Shown: positions 18,401 to 27,519, counted from the stretch's first letter. The stretch: 64,000 nt of DNA from an uncultured Gammaproteobacteria bacterium (GCA_964558935.1 CAZLFP010000004.1:28001-92000), one strand, 5' to 3'. Notes: generated from the sequence alone by a model not told the origin. A program made the numbers and translations.

Positions 18401-19570
18401 TTAGGTACGATTAATTTTAAGCTTCAATTCATCCAACCTGGCCTGTCGACCGGTCATGGCTTGGTTGAGACGATTTAATTCCTTAATCTTATTTGAGAGC
18501 TGTTTTTTGACCTGCTTTAATTTAGTAATATTCTTGGCGAAAAAAGCAATACCAATGACATTCTGGTAACGATCCCTGATCAATGAGCAATTGACGACAA
18601 AACTCAAGGTCTGATTTTTCTTGGTTCTAATTTTAACTTCTCGATCAATTAAATCTCGGTTATCAGCAATAGCTTGAACAATCTGCTGAGCTGCCGGAGA
18701 TTGCACCAAAATTTGACTGATATCTTGTCCTTCCAAATCGCCTAGAGTATAGCCCAACTTTTGCCGACAGTACTTGTTTAAAGCCACGATTTGTTTATTC
18801 TGGTCCAACAGGATCAAGCAGTCCGGAATAATTCGGAAAATTTCTGGACCCGCAATGCTGGGAGAAATGTTTAAAAAACGGTAGTAAGCAATCGAATAGA
18901 CTAATGCAAAAGCCCAGAGCAGCATCAGGATTTGTGAACCCTGGGGAATACTGGCAATTTCGAGCTGGGGCACGATTACATCGAAAATAATGGATCCCAA
19001 ATAAGCGATGTTCATGGCCACAAACAAAATCCAGACCATTCTTTTTTTGTAATAATTGGTGGTCTTAAACCAATATCTTAACAACAAAATCTGAGATATG
19101 ATAATCACAATCAAACTGTAGGCATAAAAAACAAAGGGCCAAACATTCATACTCCAGACACCCACCCAACCAAACCAATCTTGACGGTAATCAACTATCA
19201 TATAGCCATTCCACTGCAAATACGTAAATAAGATCGGGGGTAGGATAAACAGAGCTAAAGCCAACCATGACCGGTAGTACTTTTTGGTGGTAGTTAAAGT
19301 TAAGACAAACCAAAGGTAAATCGAAGTAAAAGAAGACCAACCAATAACTGCCAGATTCTGAGACCAATGAGCCACTTGAATTGAAGTGTTGGGCTTCTTG
19401 AGACCCATAGCAGCAAAACTCCAAACAGCAAACGACAAAAGATACAAAGTGCAGGCGATATTGATTCGAGACCGATAGTTCTGAGACAATATATAGCCGG
19501 CCAGTACCAGATAAATAATACCGGTTAACAAATTGACACAAGGTAGAAGTGAACCTAGATAAGCTAGCAT
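18401..19570 (-). CDS. Paralog of the preceding 7TM-PAS-coiled-coil sensor-like protein
   Basis: Same architecture (IFRIIPDCLILLDQNKQIVALN...VIGIAFFAKNITKL). It is a tandem duplicate, 3 nt from its neighbour. Confidence 0.55.
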   Translation of the reverse strand: MLAYLGSLLPCVNLLTGIIYLVLAGYILSQNYRSRINIACTLYLLSFAVWSFAAMGLKKPNTSIQVAHWSQNLAVIGWSSFTSIYLWFVLTLTTTKKYYRSWLALALFILPPILFTYLQWNGYMIVDYRQDWFGWVGVWSMNVWPFVFYAYSLIVIIISQILLLRYWFKTTNYYKKRMVWILFVAMNIAYLGSIIFDVIVPQLEIASIPQGSQILMLLWAFALVYSIAYYRFLNISPSIAGPEIFRIIPDCLILLDQNKQIVALNKYCRQKLGYTLGDLEGQDISQILVQSPAAQQIVQAIADNRDLIDREVKIRTKKNQTLSFVVNCSLIRDRYQNVIGIAFFAKNITKLKQVKKQLSNKIKELNRLNQAMTGRQARLDELKLKINRT

Positions 19571-20388
19571 TAGACTGAGTAGTAAGGTTTAATCTGTTCC
19601 CAACTGAAGACCGGACCGTCTTTACACACATAGTAAGGCCCCAGGGCGCAATGCTGGCACACGCCTAAACCGCAGTACATTTTCTGCTCCAAGGAAACCA
19701 AAATATGCTGATCTGCCACTTTTCTTTTTTTCAACTCCTGAATGACAAACTTGTACATAATCGGCGGACCCACAATCACTGCCACTGAATTACTTGTAAT
19801 GGTTTTACCTTTGAATAGATCGGTAATTAAGCCAGCCTGGCCCTTCCAGCCCGGCTGAGGTTTTTCTAGAATCAGATTAAATTCCGCTTCCTTACTCCAC
19901 TTGGCGTGCTGGTCTTTAAACTGCAGGGTTTGCTGATTCCGACAGCCATAATAGATCTGTAAGATGGAATTACTTAAATTACCAGCAAAATATTCCAGGA
20001 TCAGAGGACGCAAAGGAACCAAGCCGCAACCGCCGCCAATTAGAAGCAAAGGTTTGTCCTTAAATAATTCCACGTCAAAACCATTGCCGTAAGGTCCCCG
20101 AATATCCACGCTATCCCCTTTTTTTAGTTCATGTAATTTGTTAGTCAAAGATCCGACCTGACGAATAGCTAATTCAAAAAAACTGGACGCATCTTGAGGT
20201 GAAGAACAAATACTGATGGGACATTCTCCCCAACCAGGCAGTCCGATCTGCAAAAATTGACCAGGTATAAAAGCAAAGTTTCTTTGCTCCTTTTTATTGA
20301 CAAATTGAAATCTAAACAGCTTCGTGTCTTCAGAATCTTGAATCACACTAATAATTCTAGCTTTAGTTGGTAAATATGAATTAATCAT
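19570..20388 (-). CDS. Group-3b hydrogenase gamma subunit (FAD/NAD(P)-binding, [2Fe-2S]; PyrK/HydG-like)
   Basis: It has a ferredoxin-reductase-like FAD fold, the NAD(P) motif LLIGGGCGLVPL, and a C-terminal CGLGVCQHC...C cluster. Confidence 0.75.
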   Translation of the reverse strand: MINSYLPTKARIISVIQDSEDTKLFRFQFVNKKEQRNFAFIPGQFLQIGLPGWGECPISICSSPQDASSFFELAIRQVGSLTNKLHELKKGDSVDIRGPYGNGFDVELFKDKPLLLIGGGCGLVPLRPLILEYFAGNLSNSILQIYYGCRNQQTLQFKDQHAKWSKEAEFNLILEKPQPGWKGQAGLITDLFKGKTITSNSVAVIVGPPIMYKFVIQELKKRKVADQHILVSLEQKMYCGLGVCQHCALGPYYVCKDGPVFSWEQIKPYYSV

Positions 20389-21350
20389 AAAGCTTTGAGC
20401 GTATCTTTAATCTTAATGCCGACCGGACAAGTCTTAGCGCATCGCCCGCAACTGACACAACCTGGCAAGCTGTATTCATGAGGAATTCTGACAAACTTGT
20501 GAACATACCAGAAATAGATTTTGGCTTTGACAGATTCAAGAGGTTTATGTCCTCCTGCAACTTTGGAAAAATCATTGTAAAAACAAGTGGTGGTTTGACG
20601 ATGTCTGCCCAAGTTATCCGGCTGCCACTGATCCACCAGATTAAAGCAAAAACAGGTCGGACAATTAACGGCGCATTTACCGCAGGCCAGACAAATTTTA
20701 TTCAACTCGTTCCAAATCTTTCTGTCAAAAGATTGATCTATCTTTTTCTTAATTTGCAGCATTCTTTTATCCGGTCCCTGTTCAGCAATGGCACCGGCAA
20801 ATTCAACATGCTGGTATTTGCTTAAACCAAACTTCTCTAGGAGCACTTGTCCTTTTTCTGAACCGGAGTAAACTTTGAAAGTGTTGTTCTTTAATTTAAC
20901 CAGAAAGATATCGAAAACCACATGTTCTAAATAGTCTTCTTCCCATTTATGGGAAAAAACCTTGTACCGTTTATAGTCATCCGGCCAGTGACAACTGTAG
21001 CCAATTAACAGTAAATTCCGCCGTCTGGCCTGGTAGTTGGCATCCTGCGAAAATACTTGTTCCAATAAAGTAAGCGCTTTTAAGTCCAATACGTTCACGT
21101 TTAAGCAAGCAATGGGAGGATATTTACCTACTATCTCCTTATATCCTCGCTTGCCCAAATCTAGAATTTTTTCCGAACTGGGTAGAAAAACTGATTTCCA
21201 AGTGTTCTCGGGTATTTGTCCGGACCAATCCAAATCTGCCAGTTGCTTAATTTCTTCAATCTTAATACCCCAGTCATGAAGATTGGGGCCATACAAAAAA
21301 TAAGCCGTTTCCAACTGAGTTAAAAACTTGTTAATCTCTTGCTGAGTCAT
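20385..21350 (-). CDS. Group-3b hydrogenase beta subunit (HydB-like, 2x[4Fe-4S])
   Basis: The motifs CLACGKCAVNCPTCFC and CVSCGRCAKTCP are ferredoxin-type clusters. The domain resembles sulfhydrogenase / F420-hydrogenase beta subunits. Confidence 0.7.
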   Translation of the reverse strand: MTQQEINKFLTQLETAYFLYGPNLHDWGIKIEEIKQLADLDWSGQIPENTWKSVFLPSSEKILDLGKRGYKEIVGKYPPIACLNVNVLDLKALTLLEQVFSQDANYQARRRNLLLIGYSCHWPDDYKRYKVFSHKWEEDYLEHVVFDIFLVKLKNNTFKVYSGSEKGQVLLEKFGLSKYQHVEFAGAIAEQGPDKRMLQIKKKIDQSFDRKIWNELNKICLACGKCAVNCPTCFCFNLVDQWQPDNLGRHRQTTTCFYNDFSKVAGGHKPLESVKAKIYFWYVHKFVRIPHEYSLPGCVSCGRCAKTCPVGIKIKDTLKAL

Positions 21351-21356
21351 GTTTAA

Positions 21357-21385
21357 ATTATAGCATAAAACGAACCGACAGTTAA
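21357..21385 (-). promoter_or_regulatory. Promoter of the hydrogenase beta/gamma genes. On the minus strand it reads TTAACT-17nt-TGcTATAAT, and the -10 ends 6 nt before the ATG at 21350, which implies a leaderless mRNA.
   Basis: Read on the reverse complement of 21348-21387. It shows an extended -10 (TGn) and a 17-nt spacer. Confidence 0.45.
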
Positions 21386-21387
21386 AG

Positions 21388-22257
21388 CTATATTTTGGAT
21401 TTTAAATATTCCTTGAATTCATCTCCTAAATCCGGATCACGTAAAGCAAATGCCACATTGGTTTTAAGCCAACTCAGTTTATTACCGGTGTCGTAATGAA
21501 GACAGTCCACCATTTTAGCATACAAAGGTCTTTGCTGTCTGAGCACATCAATAGCGTCAGTTAAATACACTTCCCGACCCTGGCGCTTGGGCATGGTTTC
21601 TAAAATATCAAAGATATCCGGAGTTAAAATATACCCGCCAATACTGCCAATGCGACTGGTTGTATTGTCCGGTCCGGGTTTTTCCACCAGCCTGTTAACC
21701 TGCAAAACACCTTCTTCCACTACCAAACCTTCAATAATGCCGTATTTGGTCGTACCTTCATCATCCGTGGGTATGCCTGTAAGTACCGGATCAGTGTATT
21801 TGTCATACACTTCAATTAACTGCTTCAAATGTGGCTTACCTGCCGGACAATGGATAATCTCATCTCCCCAACAGACGGCAAAAGGCTCATCACCGATTAT
21901 ATGTCGGCAGTTTAAGACGGGAGTTCCAGTCCCGTATTCACCTTTCTGTCTGACATAAATGAAATTAGCCAGCTCAGAAACTTGTCTGATCAAGTGACAC
22001 TGGCTATCTTTACCACCTTTCAAGCATTCCTGTTCCAATGATATATTCCTGTCAAAATGATCTTCCAAAGCCTTCTTAGTCGGACCGGTGACAAAAATAA
22101 TATCGGTGATGCCGGCTTGTACTGCATTCTCCACGATATATTGAATAACCGGCTTGTCTAGCACAGGTAACATTTCCTTGGGCTGGGACTTGGTAATCGG
22201 CAACATTCTGGTTCCGATGCCGGCTGCCGGAATGATTAGCTTGGTAACTTGTGACAT
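21388..22257 (-). CDS. galU: UTP--glucose-1-phosphate uridylyltransferase
   Basis: LIIPAAGIGTRMLPITKSQPKEMLPV (G-rich NTP loop, K-motif) and a length of 289 aa. Confidence 0.85.
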   Translation of the reverse strand: MSQVTKLIIPAAGIGTRMLPITKSQPKEMLPVLDKPVIQYIVENAVQAGITDIIFVTGPTKKALEDHFDRNISLEQECLKGGKDSQCHLIRQVSELANFIYVRQKGEYGTGTPVLNCRHIIGDEPFAVCWGDEIIHCPAGKPHLKQLIEVYDKYTDPVLTGIPTDDEGTTKYGIIEGLVVEEGVLQVNRLVEKPGPDNTTSRIGSIGGYILTPDIFDILETMPKRQGREVYLTDAIDVLRQQRPLYAKMVDCLHYDTGNKLSWLKTNVAFALRDPDLGDEFKEYLKSKI

Positions 22258-22260
22258 ACT

Positions 22261-23022
22261 TTATCTTAATTGTTTTAAGTACTTAACAGGCAATCTTCTG
22301 GTACCTTCCCGATATGTTAGCCCACTCATTATCTCCTTATTCTGATTTACAAAATCCACAACTGCTTGCGGATCGGAATGAGACAAAGACCTTAAAACCC
22401 AGCCAATAGCCTTACGTATAAAAAACTTGCCCATCTTCTCATCCATAATGTCTGTTACATAATGTGCAGAAGAATAATTACTCTCAGTTAACACGGGCTT
22501 GGCTAAGTTGAAAAATAACTCCTTCTCTCCTTCTCCCAAATAAAGCAATTTAATCTGAGACAACAAAGCAGCCCTTCTCATCCAAAAATTCTTATCCCGG
22601 CTCCATTTAATCAAATACGGCTTGGCTGCCCTGAAATCCTTTCGAAGTATGGGTCCCATGACATTGGCAGAAATATCATCCACCTGATCCCAATTAACAG
22701 ATTGTCTCAGCATCTTTTCAACTTTGGGTAAATCACTTTTATCTAAATACTTATCATAAGTTCTAAGTAACTTAACTGCTAGCCATCTCTGCTCAGAATA
22801 ATCTGAATTCCAGAGCTTCAAAACCAGACTCCATAAATCTTTCTTGCTCAAATCCTTATGCTCTCTCTTAATAATCCGATTCATTTCATTTACGTACTGA
22901 CTCTTAACACCGTAAAATTTAAACGGACTCTTTAAGTAATGCTTGGCGGCTATACCATGCTGTAGATTGCCATGTTTTTTAAAGAATTCTTCAATCTGTT
23001 TAATTGTTTTAGAAAGCTCCAT
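22261..23022 (-). CDS. DNA alkylation repair enzyme (AlkD/AlkC-like HEAT-repeat glycosylase family)
   Basis: The pattern ...AKHYLKSPFKFYGVKSQ...WLAVKLLRTY... and a ~250 aa all-helical repeat match the 'DNA alkylation repair' family. Confidence 0.6.
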   Translation of the reverse strand: MELSKTIKQIEEFFKKHGNLQHGIAAKHYLKSPFKFYGVKSQYVNEMNRIIKREHKDLSKKDLWSLVLKLWNSDYSEQRWLAVKLLRTYDKYLDKSDLPKVEKMLRQSVNWDQVDDISANVMGPILRKDFRAAKPYLIKWSRDKNFWMRRAALLSQIKLLYLGEGEKELFFNLAKPVLTESNYSSAHYVTDIMDEKMGKFFIRKAIGWVLRSLSHSDPQAVVDFVNQNKEIMSGLTYREGTRRLPVKYLKQLR

Positions 23023-24315
23023 TTAATTGATAATGAATGAATTAATATCTCTCTCAATAACTTGAAGATAATTAACTTCAAAAAAATCATACTCCCCGGC
23101 ATGAGGAATCGTCTCCAGTCGGTAATTCTCAAGTAAAACCAGATTCCAAAATATGCTTAAGATCATAACCGACCAAATAATTTTGGGATGCTGCTTTAAT
23201 TTTACCAGAATCATGGCTAAAGCCAAAATCAACCAAGGAAATGTTTCAATGAATCTTCTGCCTCCAAAAGCATCTCCCCCGCCCAAGTCATTTAAGGAAC
23301 TGTTAATAATCCACTGAATGAAGAAAGCAAGGAAGGTAGCTCTAGCTAAATAGCTGTTTTTTTTAAAAAGAAAAAAGAGACCGATTAAAGCTAGAATTAA
23401 AATTGGAGACCACAGCAGTAATCCATGATTTGAGGAAAACAAAGTGTACAAGCCATGAAATTCAAATCTAACAAATCTTTTACCCTGAGGAATTAAGACG
23501 TATTGACCGTATATATGCTTCCAAACCAGAAACTGAGTTACGGCAAATATAACCACAGGTATGACAATGGGTTTTGTTTTTTCAACTAAATAGCGTAACT
23601 TGAATTGAATTAAATCTGACCAGAATAAAGGTAAATATACAATTAAAAACAGAACATTTTGCCAACGGATGGCGATCATAAGAAAAATAACCAAACTCAG
23701 AAGCCAGTGATTAATTGCCCGGCCTTGCCACTCTTTAACCACTAAATACCAAAAAACGGTTACCATAAACAATGAAGCCATGTGTGACATGGAAGGTTCC
23801 AGCATCTGATAGTAGATCCAAGGCGTGGCTAGCCACATTAAAAGTATGGATTGAAAAGCAATCTTTTCTCTGAAAAATTGTCTGACCAGACTATAGTTGA
23901 TAACCAAAACTAAAGTACCCATTAACCAAGTGCTGAAATTCACTGCCAGAACATAATAATAGGAGTATCCGTCCAAAGCTACATAAATATTAAATAGCCT
24001 TAAGATCAAACCTGTTAAATGAGCGATAACAACCAATGGTAGCCACATGATGGCAGAACCATACGCATAAGGATTGGGTATCTTGCCGATGGGTGTTAAT
24101 TTGTTGTTCTCCAAAAACCAATTTGAACCTACGTCATAACTTCGGTAATGTTCCAATTCATTTCTAAAATCCAAATCTCCATCCCAGATCACAGATCTTA
24201 AAAAAGAATAATAAAAAACTCCATCACCTTGTATCCTAATGGGTGCTTGGAGATTAATAATGCAAAACCCGATTAAACTGAGAAGTATGAGAATGGAAAG
24301 GATTTTCTTTAACAT
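23023..24315 (-). CDS. Polytopic membrane protein, GT-C-fold glycosyltransferase-like
   Basis: It has about 11 TM helices. The first extracytoplasmic loop carries acidic DGD/DLD motifs, as in GT-C enzymes. Family not assigned. Confidence 0.4.
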   Translation of the reverse strand: MLKKILSILILLSLIGFCIINLQAPIRIQGDGVFYYSFLRSVIWDGDLDFRNELEHYRSYDVGSNWFLENNKLTPIGKIPNPYAYGSAIMWLPLVVIAHLTGLILRLFNIYVALDGYSYYYVLAVNFSTWLMGTLVLVINYSLVRQFFREKIAFQSILLMWLATPWIYYQMLEPSMSHMASLFMVTVFWYLVVKEWQGRAINHWLLSLVIFLMIAIRWQNVLFLIVYLPLFWSDLIQFKLRYLVEKTKPIVIPVVIFAVTQFLVWKHIYGQYVLIPQGKRFVRFEFHGLYTLFSSNHGLLLWSPILILALIGLFFLFKKNSYLARATFLAFFIQWIINSSLNDLGGGDAFGGRRFIETFPWLILALAMILVKLKQHPKIIWSVMILSIFWNLVLLENYRLETIPHAGEYDFFEVNYLQVIERDINSFIIN

Positions 24316-24339
24316 AAGAAAGACCCTCCCAAATATTAA

Positions 24340-24711
24340 TTATTCTTCAGGTGAGATCAAACCAGTGCATCGCCAATTGACTTCAGCATTACCCGTTTCA
24401 CTTTCAACCACGCAAGCCGGAGCACAACCCTCATGTCCTTCAACTTCCATCTCAAACCAATAGGTTCCGGAATTTTCATTACATGTGCAAGTGTCTTTAA
24501 TCTGACCTTCCTCAGCGCAAGTACTTTGCTTAGCTATTTCAAATGCTTGGTCCTGGGTAAACTTGCAAACTTCGGTAACAGTGCAAGTATCCAGGTCTTC
24601 GTCAGATACTAAAACTTGACTCTGAGGCTCCATTACAGGCTGAGCAGTACAACCCGCTAGCAAAAAACACAAACCAATTATAATATATTTATGCATATTA
24701 TTCTCCTTCAA
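24340..24711 (-). CDS. Cys-rich secreted lipoprotein (lipobox LLAGC), unknown function
   Basis: It has a signal peptide plus an LAGC lipobox and 10 Cys in ~100 mature residues. The true start is probably the second Met (MHKYIII...). Confidence 0.55.
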   Translation of the reverse strand: MKENNMHKYIIIGLCFLLAGCTAQPVMEPQSQVLVSDEDLDTCTVTEVCKFTQDQAFEIAKQSTCAEEGQIKDTCTCNENSGTYWFEMEVEGHEGCAPACVVESETGNAEVNWRCTGLISPEE

Positions 24712-25231
24712 ATGATGTCTGAAAATATAGACGATAGCCGGCTGCTTTCAATTTCTGTGAACCACCCACTTCAGGCAGATCAACAATAAAAGCCATTTCA
24801 ACCACTTCTCCGCCCAATTTCTTAACTAAATTAGCTGCTGCTAAAGCCGTACCTCCGGTGGCCACCAAATCATCTACAATTAAAACTTTTTGTCCGGGAG
24901 TGATGGCGTCAGTGTGTATTTCAATACTATCCTTGCCGTATTCTAGTTCATATTCTTCTTGTTCAGTCTGAGCCGGCAACTTACCTTTCTTTCTAATTGG
25001 CACAAAACCGGTTTTCAGAAGATAAGCTAAAGCTCCGCCTAAAATAAAACCACGAGAGTCAATACCCACCACCACATCAATCTCCTGATCTTTGTACCGA
25101 CCGACAAAATCATCTATACATATTCTTAAACCAAGCGGATCTTTAATTAAGGTAGTAATATCCCGAAACATAATCCCCTGCTTGGGCCAGTTGGGTATAG
25201 TTCTGATCTTTTCTTTGATGGATTGAGACAT
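24698..25231 (-). CDS. apt: Adenine phosphoribosyltransferase
   Basis: It carries the PRPP-binding motif VLIVDDLVATGGT and APRT-family N-terminal blocks. Length is 177 aa. Confidence 0.88.
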   Translation of the reverse strand: MSQSIKEKIRTIPNWPKQGIMFRDITTLIKDPLGLRICIDDFVGRYKDQEIDVVVGIDSRGFILGGALAYLLKTGFVPIRKKGKLPAQTEQEEYELEYGKDSIEIHTDAITPGQKVLIVDDLVATGGTALAAANLVKKLGGEVVEMAFIVDLPEVGGSQKLKAAGYRLYFQTSFEGE

Positions 25232-25235
25232 ATCT

Positions 25236-25973
25236 TTAATTTATGAGTGGAACAACTTTAATCAGTAATTGTTTTACTTTATCGGCATTCTGTTTCATTC
25301 TTTCAACTATCATTTCCCAAGTCACCGGATCTTCATCTTCTTGCCAACAATCATAATCTGTTGACATAGCTATAGTTTGATATGGAATTTTAAGTTCATT
25401 AGCCAAAATAACTTCCGGACAGGTTGACATGTTAATAATATCCGCTCCCCAACTTCGGAACATGTGTGATTCGGCTTTGGTGGAAAAACGCGGACCTTCA
25501 ATGGTAACGACCGTGTTATCTCGGTTGTAATTAAAACCCATTTGATCGCAAGCCATACACAACAAATCCCTGAGTTCTTTGGAGTACGGCTCGGACATCG
25601 GAGTATGCACCACCTTATCTCCAAAGTAAGTTAAATTTCGAAGTCTGGTGAAGTCTATGAACTGAGAAGGAAAAACAAGATTACCCGGTTTAATCTCTAC
25701 TCTTAAAGATCCAACCGCTGTAGTGGCTAAGATGTGGCTGCAGCCCTCATCTTTTAAAGCTTTGATATTGGCTAAGAAATTAACCTTGGTCGGCATCACA
25801 CTGTGGTCTTTGCCATGACGAGCTAAAATGACCACCTCTTGTCCTTCAATTCTTCCCAAAGTTAAAGGTGAGGCCAGTTTACCGTATTCATTCTCCACCT
25901 CTTTGGTTGAGGCGTCTTGTAGAATTTGTGGATCATCCAAGCCGGATCCTCCAATAATGGCGATTTTACTCAT
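25236..25973 (-). CDS. mtnP: S-methyl-5'-thioadenosine / purine nucleoside phosphorylase (PNP/MTAP family)
   Basis: IAIIGGSGL...ILARHG...HILATTAVGSL match the PNP/MTAP family. Length is 245 aa. Confidence 0.8.
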   Translation of the reverse strand: MSKIAIIGGSGLDDPQILQDASTKEVENEYGKLASPLTLGRIEGQEVVILARHGKDHSVMPTKVNFLANIKALKDEGCSHILATTAVGSLRVEIKPGNLVFPSQFIDFTRLRNLTYFGDKVVHTPMSEPYSKELRDLLCMACDQMGFNYNRDNTVVTIEGPRFSTKAESHMFRSWGADIINMSTCPEVILANELKIPYQTIAMSTDYDCWQEDEDPVTWEMIVERMKQNADKVKQLLIKVVPLIN

Positions 25974-27020
25974 TTATTTGGCTTTAGTTTTTTCCACTTC
26001 AAGCAATTCCACCTGAGACTCTCCTCCAGTAATCTTAACCACATCCTTATCCACCTTCTTAAACTCCTTGTAAGCTCCATTGTAAGCATTAACCGTGGTA
26101 TCTAAATTCGTGCCTAACTTCTGCATAAAAGAATCATAAGCATTGATGTGCCTTTGTAAAGATTCTACCCGCTTAATAATCTCTTTAGTTTGCTCTTCAA
26201 TTTTAAGAGCTCTTAAACCTTGCAAAACAGTCTGCAAGTAAGCAGCAAAAGTAGTGGGAGAGACAATAATCACTTTCTTTTCCTTAAAAGCATAATCAAT
26301 TAAAGACCGGGTATTAACTTTAACCGCTCCCACTTCATTGACCAGCAAGTCATAATAAATGGCTTCAGCCGGTATAAACATAAAAGCAAAATCCAAAGTT
26401 TTTAACTTAGGCTTAATATATTTAGAAGTCTCATCTATCCTTTTCTTTAAATCATTTTTAAATTCTTTTTCTAAATCTGCTCTCCTGTCTTTATCTGTCT
26501 CAGCGATAATCCGGTTGTAATTATCCAAAGAAAACTTGGCATCCACGGGAATAATTCCATCCTTGGTAAAGATGGCCGCATCCACAATATCTCCATCTTC
26601 AAACTTATGCTGCAGAGAAAAAGCCGAGGGAGGAAGAATATTCTCTAAAACCAATTGCAGTCCGGCTTCACCTAAATTGCCTCTGGTTTTCTGGGAGGTT
26701 AAAACCTTTTCCAAATTCTTGAGCTGTTCAGAAAAACCCATGACTTGCTTGTTGGTTTCCTGCAGTTGAACCACTTTTTCCGTGACACCTCGAATTACTC
26801 CCAAACTTTGGGAAAACTGGGCTTGCATCTGTTTGGTAGATTCCGCTAACTTACTGTCCATAGTTTGATTCAGCTCTTTCATACGCTCTTGCAACAAGAG
26901 CAGTGACTGGTCAGCTTGTTTGGCTTGAGACAATTGATTGAATTTAAGATTAAAAAACCAAAACATACCAGCCAAGATGGCTAGTAGCCCCAAACCAAAT
27001 AATATAATAATTATGTCCAT
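25974..27020 (-). CDS. rmuC: DNA recombination protein RmuC
   Basis: It has an N-terminal TM helix, a long coiled coil, and the RmuC domain block (FAFMFIPAEAIYYDLL...). Confidence 0.8.
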   Translation of the reverse strand: MDIIIILFGLGLLAILAGMFWFFNLKFNQLSQAKQADQSLLLLQERMKELNQTMDSKLAESTKQMQAQFSQSLGVIRGVTEKVVQLQETNKQVMGFSEQLKNLEKVLTSQKTRGNLGEAGLQLVLENILPPSAFSLQHKFEDGDIVDAAIFTKDGIIPVDAKFSLDNYNRIIAETDKDRRADLEKEFKNDLKKRIDETSKYIKPKLKTLDFAFMFIPAEAIYYDLLVNEVGAVKVNTRSLIDYAFKEKKVIIVSPTTFAAYLQTVLQGLRALKIEEQTKEIIKRVESLQRHINAYDSFMQKLGTNLDTTVNAYNGAYKEFKKVDKDVVKITGGESQVELLEVEKTKAK

Positions 27021-27072
27021 ATTATTAACTCTTTTTTAGGAGGGAGGATACGTTAATCCTCCCTCAAATCGC

Positions 27073-27258
27073 TTAATAGACTTTGTTGGGATTTAGAGGC
27101 GGACCACACGGATCAATCCGCGATGCCAAAGGTCCCTGACACTTGGGACACTTAACTATTTTGTTAACCACGACCGGCTCAGGCAGATCCGGATCTCCCT
27201 CCTGCCAACGGCACTTGAGGCAATAGTAATTGGTTGGTGTATAGGGCGGTACGCACAT
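27073..27258 (-). CDS. Mini zinc-ribbon protein (61 aa; CLKC...CPKC)
   Basis: Two CxxC pairs sit about 20 residues apart. Confidence 0.45.
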   Translation of the reverse strand: MCVPPYTPTNYYCLKCRWQEGDPDLPEPVVVNKIVKCPKCQGPLASRIDPCGPPLNPNKVY

Positions 27259-27274
27259 CTCAGTTAACCTCCTT

Positions 27275-27466
27275 TTAGCCGGTTTGCAATCCCGGTTTTG
27301 GCAGAGTCACTTTCAAATACCGTCGAAATACCAATCGCCGGCCACAGACCGGACAAAAAGGACTGAATACTCCTCTCAGACGCTGGTATTCAGGCTCGGA
27401 TTGGTCATTTGTCCAATTGCACAGCTGGTTGACACACACGTATTCGCCATGTTTGCAAGATCCCAT
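27275..27466 (-). CDS. Mini Cys-rich/zinc-ribbon protein (~63 aa from the internal Met MGSCKHG...; CPVCG)
   Basis: Four Cys arranged Cx7C...CxxC. The longer ORF-track form adds a hydrophobic N-terminal extension whose reality is uncertain. Confidence 0.35.
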   Translation of the reverse strand: MGSCKHGEYVCVNQLCNWTNDQSEPEYQRLRGVFSPFCPVCGRRLVFRRYLKVTLPKPGLQTG

Positions 27467-27519
27467 ACCATGCCTCCTATTACTGACAGGCCAAAAAAGA
27501 AATAATAATTTAAGGAACA

